Origin: an uncultured Pseudomonadota bacterium
GTDB taxonomy: Bacteria; Myxococcota_A; Polyangia; Fen-1088
Reading direction: 5' to 3'
Length of the DNA: 64,000 bases
Assembly: GCA_963847705.1 (NCBI GenBank)
Contig: CAWKBC010000047.1
Span: 160,001-224,000, forward strand
Positions 18,964-28,659 of this stretch are shown in pieces (position 1 is the stretch's first letter; each line of letters opens with the position of its first letter). The notes under the pieces were generated by a model that ran no database searches, was not told the DNA's origin, and saw nothing but the letters and a program-made list of their open reading frames with translations. Both the position numbers and the translations under genes were made by a program.

Positions 18964-19869
18964 TCAGGGGAGCAGGAGAACCTTACCTGCGCTGCCGCCC
19001 TCGACGAGAGAATGCCCCTTTGCGGCCTCGGCGAGAGGAAGACGGTGCCCGATCGGAATTGACAACCTTCCGCTCGTGACCGCGTCGGCCACGTACCGCA
19101 GCGTCTCCGCGCTCTGCTTGGAAATGAAAGCGACCACGCGAACCGAAGGATGTTGCGCGGCGGTGCCCGGCGCGCCGGTGACCGAGGCGAAGGTCCCGCC
19201 CGGCTTCAGCTTGGCCAGCAGCCTCTCCGCCGTCTCGCCGCGCACGGTGTTGGCGACGACATCGACCTTGGGCAGAGCCCCGAGTGCGTCGCTGTCGTCG
19301 ATCGCCACCACCTGATCGACGCCGAGCGCCGCCGCCGCGTCGAGCTGTCGCCCGAGGACGCCGGCGATGACCTTTGCGCCTCGGTCCTTGGCCGTGAAGA
19401 CCGCCAATCGACCGACTCCACCGAGGGCCCCCGAGACCAGCACGGTCTGGCCGGCGACCAGCCCGCTGGCCACCGAGATGAGTTGACACCCCGTCGTTCC
19501 CACCAGGGGAAGGGCCGCCGCAGTCTCGAGGTCGATCTCTGCGGGAACCTTGGCGACGACCGCCGCCGCGACCCGGCAGAGCTCCGCGTAGGTGTGGTAT
19601 CCCCAGGCAAAGACATCGTCGCCCTCTGCGAACCCCTTCGCCTCGCTTCCGACCGCGACGACCTTTCCCGCCACATCCCATCCGAGGATTGCCGGGAACG
19701 TCGGGTGCCAATCCCTCGTATGGCCCGCGCGTTCCGCGGTATCGATCGCGTTGATGCCCGCTGCAGCGACCCGGATGAGAATGTCGCCCGGGCCGATCTC
19801 CGGGTCGGCGACGTCCTCGAGATGCAGGACCCCCGGCCCCCCATATTCACGAATGACCGCTGCCTTCAT
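18964..19869 (-). CDS. NADP-dependent oxidoreductase (MDR/quinone oxidoreductase family)
   Basis: MKAAVIREYGGPGVL, ILGWDVAG, GALGGVG, GKVLL. Confidence 0.9.
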   Translation of the reverse strand: MKAAVIREYGGPGVLHLEDVADPEIGPGDILIRVAAAGINAIDTAERAGHTRDWHPTFPAILGWDVAGKVVAVGSEAKGFAEGDDVFAWGYHTYAELCRVAAAVVAKVPAEIDLETAAALPLVGTTGCQLISVASGLVAGQTVLVSGALGGVGRLAVFTAKDRGAKVIAGVLGRQLDAAAALGVDQVVAIDDSDALGALPKVDVVANTVRGETAERLLAKLKPGGTFASVTGAPGTAAQHPSVRVVAFISKQSAETLRYVADAVTSGRLSIPIGHRLPLAEAAKGHSLVEGGSAGKVLLLP

Positions 19870-19919
19870 GATCGCCTCCTGCTCGGACGAACGATGGTCG
19901 CCCCCGAGCCCTCTCCGCG

Positions 19920-20324
19920 TTACTTCTCGCTCGAGATCCGCGGATCGTCCTTGGGGTCGAGGTATTCGAGACCGAGCGGCCCGATCGCCGTCACCTGGGT
20001 GATGTATTCGCCGGACTTCGCCCAATGAAAGTGTGACGTGTTCCGCGGCAGCATGATCACCGCGCCCGGCGGATAGGCTTGCAGCCTCTGGGGATCGAAC
20101 TCGTCCCCCAGGCCCAGGTAGAACACGCCGGAAATGACGGTGTAGATGCGGTCCTCGGGGTGTCGATGCGGCATCAACTTCACCCCGCCCGGCAGCTTGA
20201 CCCTGATTGTGTAGGGTCCCTCTTGCGAAGGTTGCCCGGCCAGCACCGCCAGGCGGGCCGAAGGTGGAAAAGCCGGAAACGGCTTCCAGTCGACGTCATC
20301 GGGAAAGACGGATCGGTATTCCAT
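19920..20324 (-). CDS. Cupin domain protein
   Basis: PHRHPEDRIYTVISG...HFH cupin metal motifs. Confidence 0.85.
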   Translation of the reverse strand: MEYRSVFPDDVDWKPFPAFPPSARLAVLAGQPSQEGPYTIRVKLPGGVKLMPHRHPEDRIYTVISGVFYLGLGDEFDPQRLQAYPPGAVIMLPRNTSHFHWAKSGEYITQVTAIGPLGLEYLDPKDDPRISSEK

Positions 20325-20534
20325 TTTGGGCCGCTGACAGTGAGGCTAAGGATCGAGCGGCGACATTCAAGAGCGGCAGTTCCCGGGGTTCAGGCCGGCC
20401 CGGCGGCGGCAGCGCGGGAGGCGTGAAAGTACGAGCATCCGCTTATGGCCGCGGCCCGAGGCGTGTCCATTTTCGGGAGCAATCCAAGCGGGTCAATCCA
20501 CCGCGTGGGAACGGGGACGAGAGGAGCTGTTGCT

Positions 20535-21233
20535 ATGGCGAAGAAGATACTTTTCATTGTGAGCGGGGCCACCTACTGGGTGCTGAAGGACGGGACGAGG
20601 TACGCGACCGGTTACTGGGCCGAGGAATTCGCGAGGCCCTACAAGATCATCACCGACGCCGGTCACGAAGTGGTGGTCGGGACGCCCAACGGGGTGACCC
20701 CGAACGTCGACATGATGAGCCTGCGACCCGCGATGGCGGGTGGGGTCGAGGGAGCTCTCGAGCTGGAGGCCATCATCCGGTCCGCGGAGGCGATGCGGCG
20801 GCCGCTGAAGCTGTCGGATGTCCGGCTCGAGGACTACGACGCCGTCTACCTGCCGGGCGGTCACGGCCCGATGTCGGACCTGGCATTCGACGCCGACGTG
20901 GGGCGGTTGCTCACCGCGCAGCTCGCCTCTGGCAACCCTCTCTTCATCGTGTGCCACGGTCCCGCGGCGATGCTGGCCACCCGGATCCACGGCGTTTCGC
21001 CCTTCAAAGGCTACCGAGTCACGGGCTTCACCAACAAGGAGGAGGAGGGCGTCGGGCTCGCTTCCCGGGTCACCTGGCTGCTCGAGACCGAGCTCAAGGA
21101 AAAGATCGGCGTCAACTTCAGCTCCGGCGACATCTGGAAGCCCTACATGGTCGAGGACCGAAATCTGGTCACCGGGCAGAACCCCGCCTCCGCCGCGGTT
21201 CTGGCCAAGCGGTTGCTGGAGGTCCTCAGGTGA
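20535..21233 (+). CDS. DJ-1/PfpI family (type 1 glutamine amidotransferase-like) protein
   Basis: TGYWAEE, YLPGGHGPMSDL, VCHGPA nucleophile, LVTGQNPAS; GAGGAG SD. Confidence 0.92.
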   Translation: MAKKILFIVSGATYWVLKDGTRYATGYWAEEFARPYKIITDAGHEVVVGTPNGVTPNVDMMSLRPAMAGGVEGALELEAIIRSAEAMRRPLKLSDVRLEDYDAVYLPGGHGPMSDLAFDADVGRLLTAQLASGNPLFIVCHGPAAMLATRIHGVSPFKGYRVTGFTNKEEEGVGLASRVTWLLETELKEKIGVNFSSGDIWKPYMVEDRNLVTGQNPASAAVLAKRLLEVLR

Positions 21234-21340
21234 CAGCGTGAAGCGCGACCGTTACCAGGGAGGAGGTCGATCACCGAAGACATCGAGCTGGGACCGTTGA
21301 CAGGAGGGACGGCGGGGCGTAAAAAGAACGCTCATTCGTT

Positions 21341-22237
21341 ATGCGATCCTCCTCGACCGCCACCACTATGGCCCTTCAACGCGCGTTCGAGTCCCATCGC
21401 CCGCGCGCGAAGCGGCTCTTCAACGACCCCTACGCCGAAGCGTTTCTCAGCGGCGGCTGGTCCGTCCTGGCCGGGATCGGTCGGCTCCCGGGACTGGCCG
21501 AGGTCGTCGAGCGCTGCTTCGACACCGTCGCCGGGCCGGGCCCCCGGCCGTCGGCCGTCGTGCGGACGCGCGCGATCGATGACGCGGTCTCCTCGGAGGT
21601 GGGCGCCCGGGGCATCGATCAGGTCGTGATCCTCGGCGCAGGGTTCGACAGCCGCGCTCATCGCCTCCCGGCGCTCCGAGCTTCGAGAGTGTTCGAGGTC
21701 GACCACGCGGCGACGCAAGCGACGAAGCGGGTGCAGTGCGACCGGTGCGACTTGCCGCTTCATCCCGTCGTCTACGTTCCTGTGGACTTCGAGAGGGACA
21801 ATCTCGTCATGTCGCTCGCCAGCGCGGGCTTCCGTCGCGATCGTCCTGCGCTCTTCCTCTGGGAAGGGGTCACCAACTACCTCACCGCCGAAGCCGTGGA
21901 TGCCACGCTCGACGCCATCGCGCGCGCGACGACCGGAGGCACCCTCATCTTTACCTATGTCCACGCCGGCGTCCTCGACGGGACGGTCCGCTTTCCAGGT
22001 GGGGACCGCTGGCTGCGCAACGTCGCCCGCCTGGGCGAGCCGTGGACGTTCGGGCTCCTCCCGGAGCGCGTGCCGCAGTTCCTCGCCGATCGGCGTTTCC
22101 ACCTCGCCTGGGACGCGTCGGCCGCCGAGCTGGGGGCACGCTTTTTTCTCCCCTTGGGCCGCTCCGAGCAGGCGTCGGCGCTGTATCGCGTCGCCGTGGC
22201 TCGCTTCGGTGACGGCTCCGATGCCACGAATCACTGA
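21341..22237 (+). CDS. SAM-dependent methyltransferase (leucine carboxyl methyltransferase-like)
   Basis: RTRAIDD, QVVILGAGFDSRAHR, FEVDH, LWEGVTNYL. Confidence 0.9.
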   Translation: MRSSSTATTMALQRAFESHRPRAKRLFNDPYAEAFLSGGWSVLAGIGRLPGLAEVVERCFDTVAGPGPRPSAVVRTRAIDDAVSSEVGARGIDQVVILGAGFDSRAHRLPALRASRVFEVDHAATQATKRVQCDRCDLPLHPVVYVPVDFERDNLVMSLASAGFRRDRPALFLWEGVTNYLTAEAVDATLDAIARATTGGTLIFTYVHAGVLDGTVRFPGGDRWLRNVARLGEPWTFGLLPERVPQFLADRRFHLAWDASAAELGARFFLPLGRSEQASALYRVAVARFGDGSDATNH

Positions 22238-22871
22238 GGCGCGCAGCGCCGCGCAGCGCCGACGTGTCCTCGACGCCGCGCTCACCTGCTTCGACCGCAG
22301 GGGATTCCATCGGACGACGATGCAGGACATCGTGCGCGAGTCGGGGCTCAGCCCCGGCGCCATCTACGGCTACTTCGACAGCAAGGTCGCCATCGTCGAG
22401 GCCGTGGCCGCCGAGCGACACCAGGTCGAGCACGCGATGCTCCGTGAAGCGCTCGCCTGCGCCAATCCCATCTTCGGAATGACCACGTTCGTGAAGCGCT
22501 ATTTCGACTGGCTCGACGACCCGCAGGAGCGGCGCCGTCGGCGGGTCGGCGTCCAGGCGTGGGCGGAGTCGCTCCACGACGCGCGAATGAGGGCGAGCGT
22601 CGACATCGGTCTGGCGCCGCTCGCCGAGATCGTCCGTTCGCTTCGCGCCGCGAGACGGCGCAAGAAGCTCCCCTTCACGGTCGATCCCGAGGGGCTCGCG
22701 CGCGTCCTGCTCGCGCTCATCCAGGGGTTCATTCTGCAGCAGGCCTGGCAGCCTGACCTCGATGTCATCGCTTACCGTGACACCGTGCTCGCGGCGCTGG
22801 CCGCGCTGGTGTCGGTCGAGGCTCCGGGGCGCTCCCCTCGTTCTCGCCCGAATGTCCGCCCCACGAGATGA
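22221..22871 (+). CDS. TetR/AcrR family transcriptional regulator
   Basis: RVLDAALTCFDRRGFHRTTMQDIVRESGLSPGAIYGYFDSK HTH. Confidence 0.92.
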   Translation: MPRITEARSAAQRRRVLDAALTCFDRRGFHRTTMQDIVRESGLSPGAIYGYFDSKVAIVEAVAAERHQVEHAMLREALACANPIFGMTTFVKRYFDWLDDPQERRRRRVGVQAWAESLHDARMRASVDIGLAPLAEIVRSLRAARRRKKLPFTVDPEGLARVLLALIQGFILQQAWQPDLDVIAYRDTVLAALAALVSVEAPGRSPRSRPNVRPTR

Positions 22872-23042
22872 CGGAGAAAGCTCGAAAGACGTCGAGATCC
22901 TGACCGGGGTTCAGCCCGACCGTGGACCAGGGTGGCGGCCTTCTGACTCGTCACCTTCTTGGTGCCGAATCCTTTGGCCCCGACGTCGGCCCGCCATGCC
23001 CCGGGCAATGTGATAGAGCACTGCGGGCTGGAGGACCGAGAC

Positions 23043-24293
23043 GTGACATCGCACGAAGACACAAAGGAAACAATCTCTTTACGAGACCAAACGGGTGGTC
23101 GACGCATCTCGAACACGATGCGAATCGTCGTTGCTGCCGGAATTTCGCTCGTCGTGATCGGCCTGCTGGCAGGCACGAAGGTCGCCCAGATCTCGTCCTT
23201 GATCCGCTTCGGAAAGGCCGCCCAGGCGGCCGGGCCTCCGCCCGAAGCGGTGGGAACCGCGGTGGCGAAGGGGGCCGCCTGGGAGTCGCTGCTGGAGTCT
23301 GTGGGCAGCGTCGCCGCTGGCCGCGGGGTCACGATCAGCAACGAGGTCCCCGGCCTGGTGCGCGCCATCCGCTTCGACTCGGGGGCGAAGGTGCGCCCCG
23401 GCCAGGTCCTGGTCGAGCTGGACGCCAGCGTCGAGCGGGCGCAGCTGTCGTCGTTGCAGGCGCGGCGGGACCTGGCCACCGCTTCGGCGACGCGGACGCG
23501 CAAGCTGGAGGTGAGCGGCGCCTCCACCAAGGCCCAGCTCGACTCCGATGAGGCCCAGCTCAAGACGGTGAGCGCCGACGCCCGGGCGCTCGAGGCGGAG
23601 ATCGAGAAGAAGACGATCCGGGCGCCCTTCGGCGGCAAGCTGGGCATCCGCTCGGTCAACCTGGGTCAGTATCTGAACCCGGGGACGCCCATCACCGTCC
23701 TGGAGTCGCTGGACGCGGTCTACATCGACTTCACGGTTCCCCAGCAGCAGGTGGCGAGCGTACCGGTCGGCACCGCCGTCCGCATCGCGCTGCCCGGCAC
23801 GCAGCCCCCACGGACGCTGACCGGCAAGATCGCCGCCGTCGATCCGAACGCCGATCCCCTCACGCGCGCCGTCAATCTGCGCGCCTCAGTCGATGAAACG
23901 CAGGAGGACAAGACCGCCCCCGGCGAGCTGCGCCCGGGCATGTTCGTCAACGTCTCGGTCGTGCTGCCCAACCGGGCCAGCGTCGTCTACGTGCCCGCCA
24001 CGGCGATCATGCGCGCGCCGTACGGCAACTCCGTCTACATCGTCGAGGACCGGAAGGACCCCGAGGGTCATCCCGTGAGCGGCCCCGACGGCAAGCCGGC
24101 CAAGGTCGCGCGCCAGCAGTTCGTGCGCGTCGGCGTCACCCGGGGCGACTTCGTGGCCATCGACGAAGGGGTGACCGCTGGGCAGGAGGTGGTCGTCATC
24201 GGCGCCTTCAAGCTGCGCAACGGGGCGCCTCTCGTCGTGAACAACGAGATCCAGCTCCCCAGCTCGCAAGCTCCGAACCCGGAGAATCGCTGA
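23043..24293 (+). CDS. RND efflux periplasmic adaptor subunit
   Basis: GGAGG SD 8 nt before GTG 23043; N-terminal TM, IRAPFGGKLG, LRPGMF. Confidence 0.9.
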   Translation: MTSHEDTKETISLRDQTGGRRISNTMRIVVAAGISLVVIGLLAGTKVAQISSLIRFGKAAQAAGPPPEAVGTAVAKGAAWESLLESVGSVAAGRGVTISNEVPGLVRAIRFDSGAKVRPGQVLVELDASVERAQLSSLQARRDLATASATRTRKLEVSGASTKAQLDSDEAQLKTVSADARALEAEIEKKTIRAPFGGKLGIRSVNLGQYLNPGTPITVLESLDAVYIDFTVPQQQVASVPVGTAVRIALPGTQPPRTLTGKIAAVDPNADPLTRAVNLRASVDETQEDKTAPGELRPGMFVNVSVVLPNRASVVYVPATAIMRAPYGNSVYIVEDRKDPEGHPVSGPDGKPAKVARQQFVRVGVTRGDFVAIDEGVTAGQEVVVIGAFKLRNGAPLVVNNEIQLPSSQAPNPENR

Positions 24294-24295
24294 GG

Positions 24296-27200
24296 ATGCG
24301 CCTCACGGACATCTTCGTACGGCGGCCGGTCCTCTCCATCGTCGTCAACCTGATCATCGTCATCGCCGGCGTGCAGGCCATCCGCACGCTCAATGTCCGG
24401 CAGTACCCGCGCCTGGAGAGCGCGACCATCGTCGTTCGCACGCCCTACGTGGGCGCCAGCGCCGACCTCGTGCGTGGCTTCATCACCACGCCCATCGAGC
24501 GGTCCGTCGCGGCCGGCAACGGGATCGACTACATCGAATCGCAGAGCGAACAGGGGCTCTCCACCATCAACGTTCGCCTCCAGCTGAACGTCGACACGGC
24601 GCGGGCGCTGGCCGACATCAGCGCCCGCGTGAATCAGGTGCGTGGCGATCTGCCTCCCGAGGCCGAGGTCCCGGCGATCAGCCTGGAGCCCTCGGACGCC
24701 GCCTTCGCCTCGATGTACCTGAGCTTCGACTCGAAGATCCTCCAGGACAACCAGGTGACCGACTACCTCATTCGTGTGGTGCAACCGCGGCTGTCGGCCG
24801 TCGAAGGGGTGCAAAAGGCGGACATCCTGGGCGGACGCACCTTCGCGCTGCGCGCCTGGCTGAAGCCCGACCGCATGGCGGCGTTGAACGTCAGCCCGTC
24901 GCAGGTGCGACAGGCGCTGGCCGCCAACAACTACCTCTCGGCCATCGGCCAGACCAAGGGCACCTACGTCCAGCTCAACCTGTCGGCCACCACCGGGATC
25001 GAATCGGTCGAGGACTTTCGCCGGCTGGTGATCCGCCAGGAAGGGGGCACGCTGGTGCGCCTGGGCGACGTCGCCGACGTGGTGCTGGGGGCCGACAACT
25101 ACGAGATGGACGTGCGCATGTCGGGCGACCGCGCCACCTTCATGGGCGTCTGGGTGCTCCCCAACGCCAACGCGCTGGACGTCATCAAGCGGGTGCGCGA
25201 GGAGATGGCCAAGATCCAGAGCGAGCTCCCGACGGGGCTCTCCGCCACCATCGCCTTCGACGCCACCAAGTACATCGACAGCGCCATCCACGAGGTGCGC
25301 GGGACGCTGGTCGAGACCATCTTCATCGTGATCGTGGTGATCTTCCTCTTCCTTGGATCGCTGCGCACGGTGATCGTGCCGGTCGTCGCCATCCCGGTGT
25401 CGCTCATCGGCGCGGTCTTCCTGATGCAGGTGTTCGGCTTCTCGTTGAATCTGCTGACGCTGCTGGCGATCGTCCTCTCGGTGGGCCTGGTGGTCGACGA
25501 CGCCATCGTCGTGGTGGAGAACGTCGATCGGCACATGCGCGAAGGGCACTCGCCGATCGAGGCCTCGATGCTCGGCGCGCGCGAGCTGGTGGGCCCCATC
25601 ATCGCCATGACCATCACGCTGGCCGCGGTCTACGCGCCGATCGGCTTTCAGGGTGGCCTGACGGGCGCGCTCTTCCGCGAATTCGTCTTCACGCTGGCGG
25701 GCGCCGTCCTCATCTCGGGCGTCGTGGCCTTGACGTTGTCACCCATGATGTCCTCCAGGCTGCTGCAGTCGCAGCAACACGAGCAGCGGATGACGGCCTT
25801 CGTCGACCGGGTGTTTCAGCGCATCAAGGCGCGCTACTCGCGCATGCTGGCCGCCACGCTGGCCAACCGTCCGGCGGTCTACATCGTCTGGGGCGTGCTC
25901 TCGCTGCTGGTCGTCCCCATGTACCTGTTCTCCCCGAAGGAGCTGGCGCCCACCGAGGACCAGGGGGTGGTGTTCGGCAAGGTCGACACGCCCGCCAACG
26001 CCACCATGGAGCAGGTCACCCCCTTCACCGAGAAGATCTTTCGCAACTTCAAATCGATCCCCGAGTTCGACAGCAGCTTCCAGCTGACATTTCCAAGCGG
26101 CGGCTTCGGCGGCATGATTGTCAAGCCCTGGGAGGAGCGCAAGCGCAGCATCTTCCAGATCCAACAGGAGCTGTTCGGAAAGCAGATGATGCTCACGGGC
26201 GTGCAGGCGCCGGTGTTCCTGCCGCCGGCGCTCCCCAGCTCGGGCATCTTCCCGGTCGAGTTCGTCATCGCCTCGACGGGGAGCCACGAAGAGCTGGTGC
26301 GCGCCGCCGACAAGATCGTCGTCGAGGCCATCAAGAGCGGCCAGTTCGCCTTCCCGCCGGTGACCGACGTGAAGATCGACCAGGCCAAGGCGGAGATCGT
26401 CTTCGACCGCGAGAAGATGGCGTCGATGGGCCTCAGCATGCAGCAGGTCGGCGCCGATCTGGGGACGATGCTGGGCGGCAACTACATCAATCGGTTCAAC
26501 ATGGATGGGCGCAGCTACAAGGTCATCGCCCAGGTGGAGCGCGCGGGCCGACTCACCCCCACCGATCTCGGCGAAATCCACGTCACCGGCCCGGGCGGCA
26601 CGCTCATTCCCCTGTCGTCCATCGCCACCTTCCGCACCGGCGTCGAGCCGCGCTCGCTGAACCGCTTCCAGCAGCTCAACGCCGTCAAGATCTCCGGCGT
26701 GGCGCCCCGTGGGCTCGAACAGGGGCTGGCGGTGCTGGAGGCGGCCGCCGACAAGGCGCTGCCGGCCGGCTCCCGGGTCGACTACACGGGCGAGTCCCGG
26801 CAGCTGCGTCAGGAGGCGGGCAAGTTCCTACCGGCGATGGGCCTGGCGATCGTGCTGATCTTCCTGGTGCTGGCCGCCCAGTTCAACTCGTTCCGGGACC
26901 CGGTCGTGGTCCTGGCCGGCTCGGTGCCGCTGGCGATGTTCGGCGCCATGATCTTCACCTTCCTGAAGTTCTCCGGCCCGCCGGGCATGAGATTCGCCCT
27001 GACAGAAGGCTGGACCACGACGCTGAACATCTACTCCCAGGTCGGCCTGGTCACACTCGTCGGCCTCATCGCCAAGAACGGGATCTTGGTGGTCGAGTTC
27101 GCCAACCACCAGCAAGAGAGCGGATTGTCCAAGGTCGCCGCCGTTCAGGCCGCCGCGGAGACCCGCCTGCGCCCCATCCTGATGACGACCATCGCGACCG

Positions 27201-27460
27201 TGGCGGGACACTTCCCCCTCACGCTGGTGCACGGCCCCGGCGCCGCGGCCCGCAACTCGATCGGCGTGGTGCTGGTGGGCGGCATGGCCATCGGGACGAT
27301 CTTCACCCTCTTCGTCGTGCCATCCGTCTACGTCCTCGTCGCCAGGGACCACCGCTCGACCGCCGCGCGGAAGCCAGAGCTCGCGCTCATGAAGGCCAAC
27401 GAAGACGTGCTACCCCCACAGCGAGTCTCCGTCGAGGCTCTCCCGAGCAGCAGCGGCTAG
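24296..27460 (+). CDS. RND efflux permease (HAE1/AcrB family, MexI/MexW-like)
   Basis: 1054 aa; GLVVDDAIVVVEN, GLIAKNGIL, RLRPILMTT. Confidence 0.95.
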   Translation: MRLTDIFVRRPVLSIVVNLIIVIAGVQAIRTLNVRQYPRLESATIVVRTPYVGASADLVRGFITTPIERSVAAGNGIDYIESQSEQGLSTINVRLQLNVDTARALADISARVNQVRGDLPPEAEVPAISLEPSDAAFASMYLSFDSKILQDNQVTDYLIRVVQPRLSAVEGVQKADILGGRTFALRAWLKPDRMAALNVSPSQVRQALAANNYLSAIGQTKGTYVQLNLSATTGIESVEDFRRLVIRQEGGTLVRLGDVADVVLGADNYEMDVRMSGDRATFMGVWVLPNANALDVIKRVREEMAKIQSELPTGLSATIAFDATKYIDSAIHEVRGTLVETIFIVIVVIFLFLGSLRTVIVPVVAIPVSLIGAVFLMQVFGFSLNLLTLLAIVLSVGLVVDDAIVVVENVDRHMREGHSPIEASMLGARELVGPIIAMTITLAAVYAPIGFQGGLTGALFREFVFTLAGAVLISGVVALTLSPMMSSRLLQSQQHEQRMTAFVDRVFQRIKARYSRMLAATLANRPAVYIVWGVLSLLVVPMYLFSPKELAPTEDQGVVFGKVDTPANATMEQVTPFTEKIFRNFKSIPEFDSSFQLTFPSGGFGGMIVKPWEERKRSIFQIQQELFGKQMMLTGVQAPVFLPPALPSSGIFPVEFVIASTGSHEELVRAADKIVVEAIKSGQFAFPPVTDVKIDQAKAEIVFDREKMASMGLSMQQVGADLGTMLGGNYINRFNMDGRSYKVIAQVERAGRLTPTDLGEIHVTGPGGTLIPLSSIATFRTGVEPRSLNRFQQLNAVKISGVAPRGLEQGLAVLEAAADKALPAGSRVDYTGESRQLRQEAGKFLPAMGLAIVLIFLVLAAQFNSFRDPVVVLAGSVPLAMFGAMIFTFLKFSGPPGMRFALTEGWTTTLNIYSQVGLVTLVGLIAKNGILVVEFANHQQESGLSKVAAVQAAAETRLRPILMTTIATVAGHFPLTLVHGPGAAARNSIGVVLVGGMAIGTIFTLFVVPSVYVLVARDHRSTAARKPELALMKANEDVLPPQRVSVEALPSSSG

Positions 27461-27525
27461 GACTCGCCAGAGGGGCGGACCGTGATGGCGCGGAGAGGGC
27501 GCACGCCAGCTCGACCATGCGCGGC

Positions 27526-28182
27526 TCAGAGCCCAGAGAAGACGCCTCTTCGCGATCCGACCGCCTTGCCGAAGTGAAACGTATCGAGGATCCACGCGAA
27601 AGGTCCCGAGATGCCCAGATCCGACCACGAGGCGACGAATGAGAGCACCGCCGAGCCGTCCGGGTTGAACCTCATCTCGAAGGGCACCGTGGCCCTCACG
27701 GTTCCCCACCCGCCAGACGTCGGGTCCGTCGACGAGGGCAGGGCGTTGCGGATTGGAAGCCCGGCAGCGGCGCGGATCTCGTCACCCCGAACGATGGCGC
27801 CAGGGACCGTGCCCGAGTCCGCGCGCCGCGTCGGGTCGTAGGAAATGTAGTACTGGAAGGAGTCCTCTGTCCGGCCCGTCTGATCGAACGTCAAGAAATC
27901 TGGAATATGATCAAAGGGCACCTCGAATCGAATCGGCCCTCTGCTCTTGGTGTCGACCGTTGTTAAGTCGGCACTCACCGCCTGGACGTTGGGATCGTCG
28001 GCGGCGCTGGTGCCGCAGCGGTCCTCGCAGGCCCCCACGTCATACGAGCTGTCGTTGTCGCGAGAGCGCTGGCAGTCCTGCTGGCAATCGAAAGCCGCCT
28101 GTGTGCTGTCGCAACCGATGGAGCTCCCCGCGGCCAGGGCACCCAGCACGGCGAACGCCGACGGAATCAGGCTCTTTCGCAT
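27526..28182 (-). CDS. Hypothetical lipoprotein, apparently chimeric
   Basis: SIGC lipobox and a Cys-rich stretch (CQQDC..CEDRC), followed by an unrelated beta-rich domain (PDFLTFDQTGRTEDSFQYYI). Confidence 0.5.
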   Translation of the reverse strand: MRKSLIPSAFAVLGALAAGSSIGCDSTQAAFDCQQDCQRSRDNDSSYDVGACEDRCGTSAADDPNVQAVSADLTTVDTKSRGPIRFEVPFDHIPDFLTFDQTGRTEDSFQYYISYDPTRRADSGTVPGAIVRGDEIRAAAGLPIRNALPSSTDPTSGGWGTVRATVPFEMRFNPDGSAVLSFVASWSDLGISGPFAWILDTFHFGKAVGSRRGVFSGL

Positions 28183-28365
28183 TCCCCAACAACATGGGGG
28201 TGGATTGGCCGGGTGAGAAGGTCCTGCTCGCCAGTAGGCGTGACACTTTCGACCGATGCCCGCCGAAAGCCCGGGCGGACATCCGCCCCCCACCTCTGGC
28301 CGCTCGCAGCGAAATCGCGCTGCGCGCGCGACCAGTGAAGCGCCCCCGCCGCGCGACCTTCTCGC

Positions 28366-28659
28366 TCAGGAGGTCGCCGAAGCCGACGGCTGAGCTGCCT
28401 CTCCCCGGGCGAGGGCGGGAACCCTTGCGCGGGCGAGTCCGCGCGAAGCGAGTGCCGTGAAGACGTAGGCGCCGGCGAGCGCGCCGAAACCTTTCCAGAT
28501 GTCCGTCCAGTGGACGCCGCCACCTCCGAACAACTTCGCGAGGTGGCCGGAAGCCAGGTAGACGTGGACGCCCGCCACGAGCAACGAGGTGGTCGGCCGC
28601 TGGACGAAGCGGGGCAGGGGAAGCGGGCGGCCGAACCGCAGGGAGAGGTGATCTCTCAT
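28366..28659 (-). CDS. Small membrane protein coupled to the metallophosphoesterase
   Basis: ATGA overlap with the stop at 28656; LLVAGVHVYLASGHL and WKGFGALAGAYVFTALA hydrophobic segments. Confidence 0.6.
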   Translation of the reverse strand: MRDHLSLRFGRPLPLPRFVQRPTTSLLVAGVHVYLASGHLAKLFGGGGVHWTDIWKGFGALAGAYVFTALASRGLARARVPALARGEAAQPSASATS

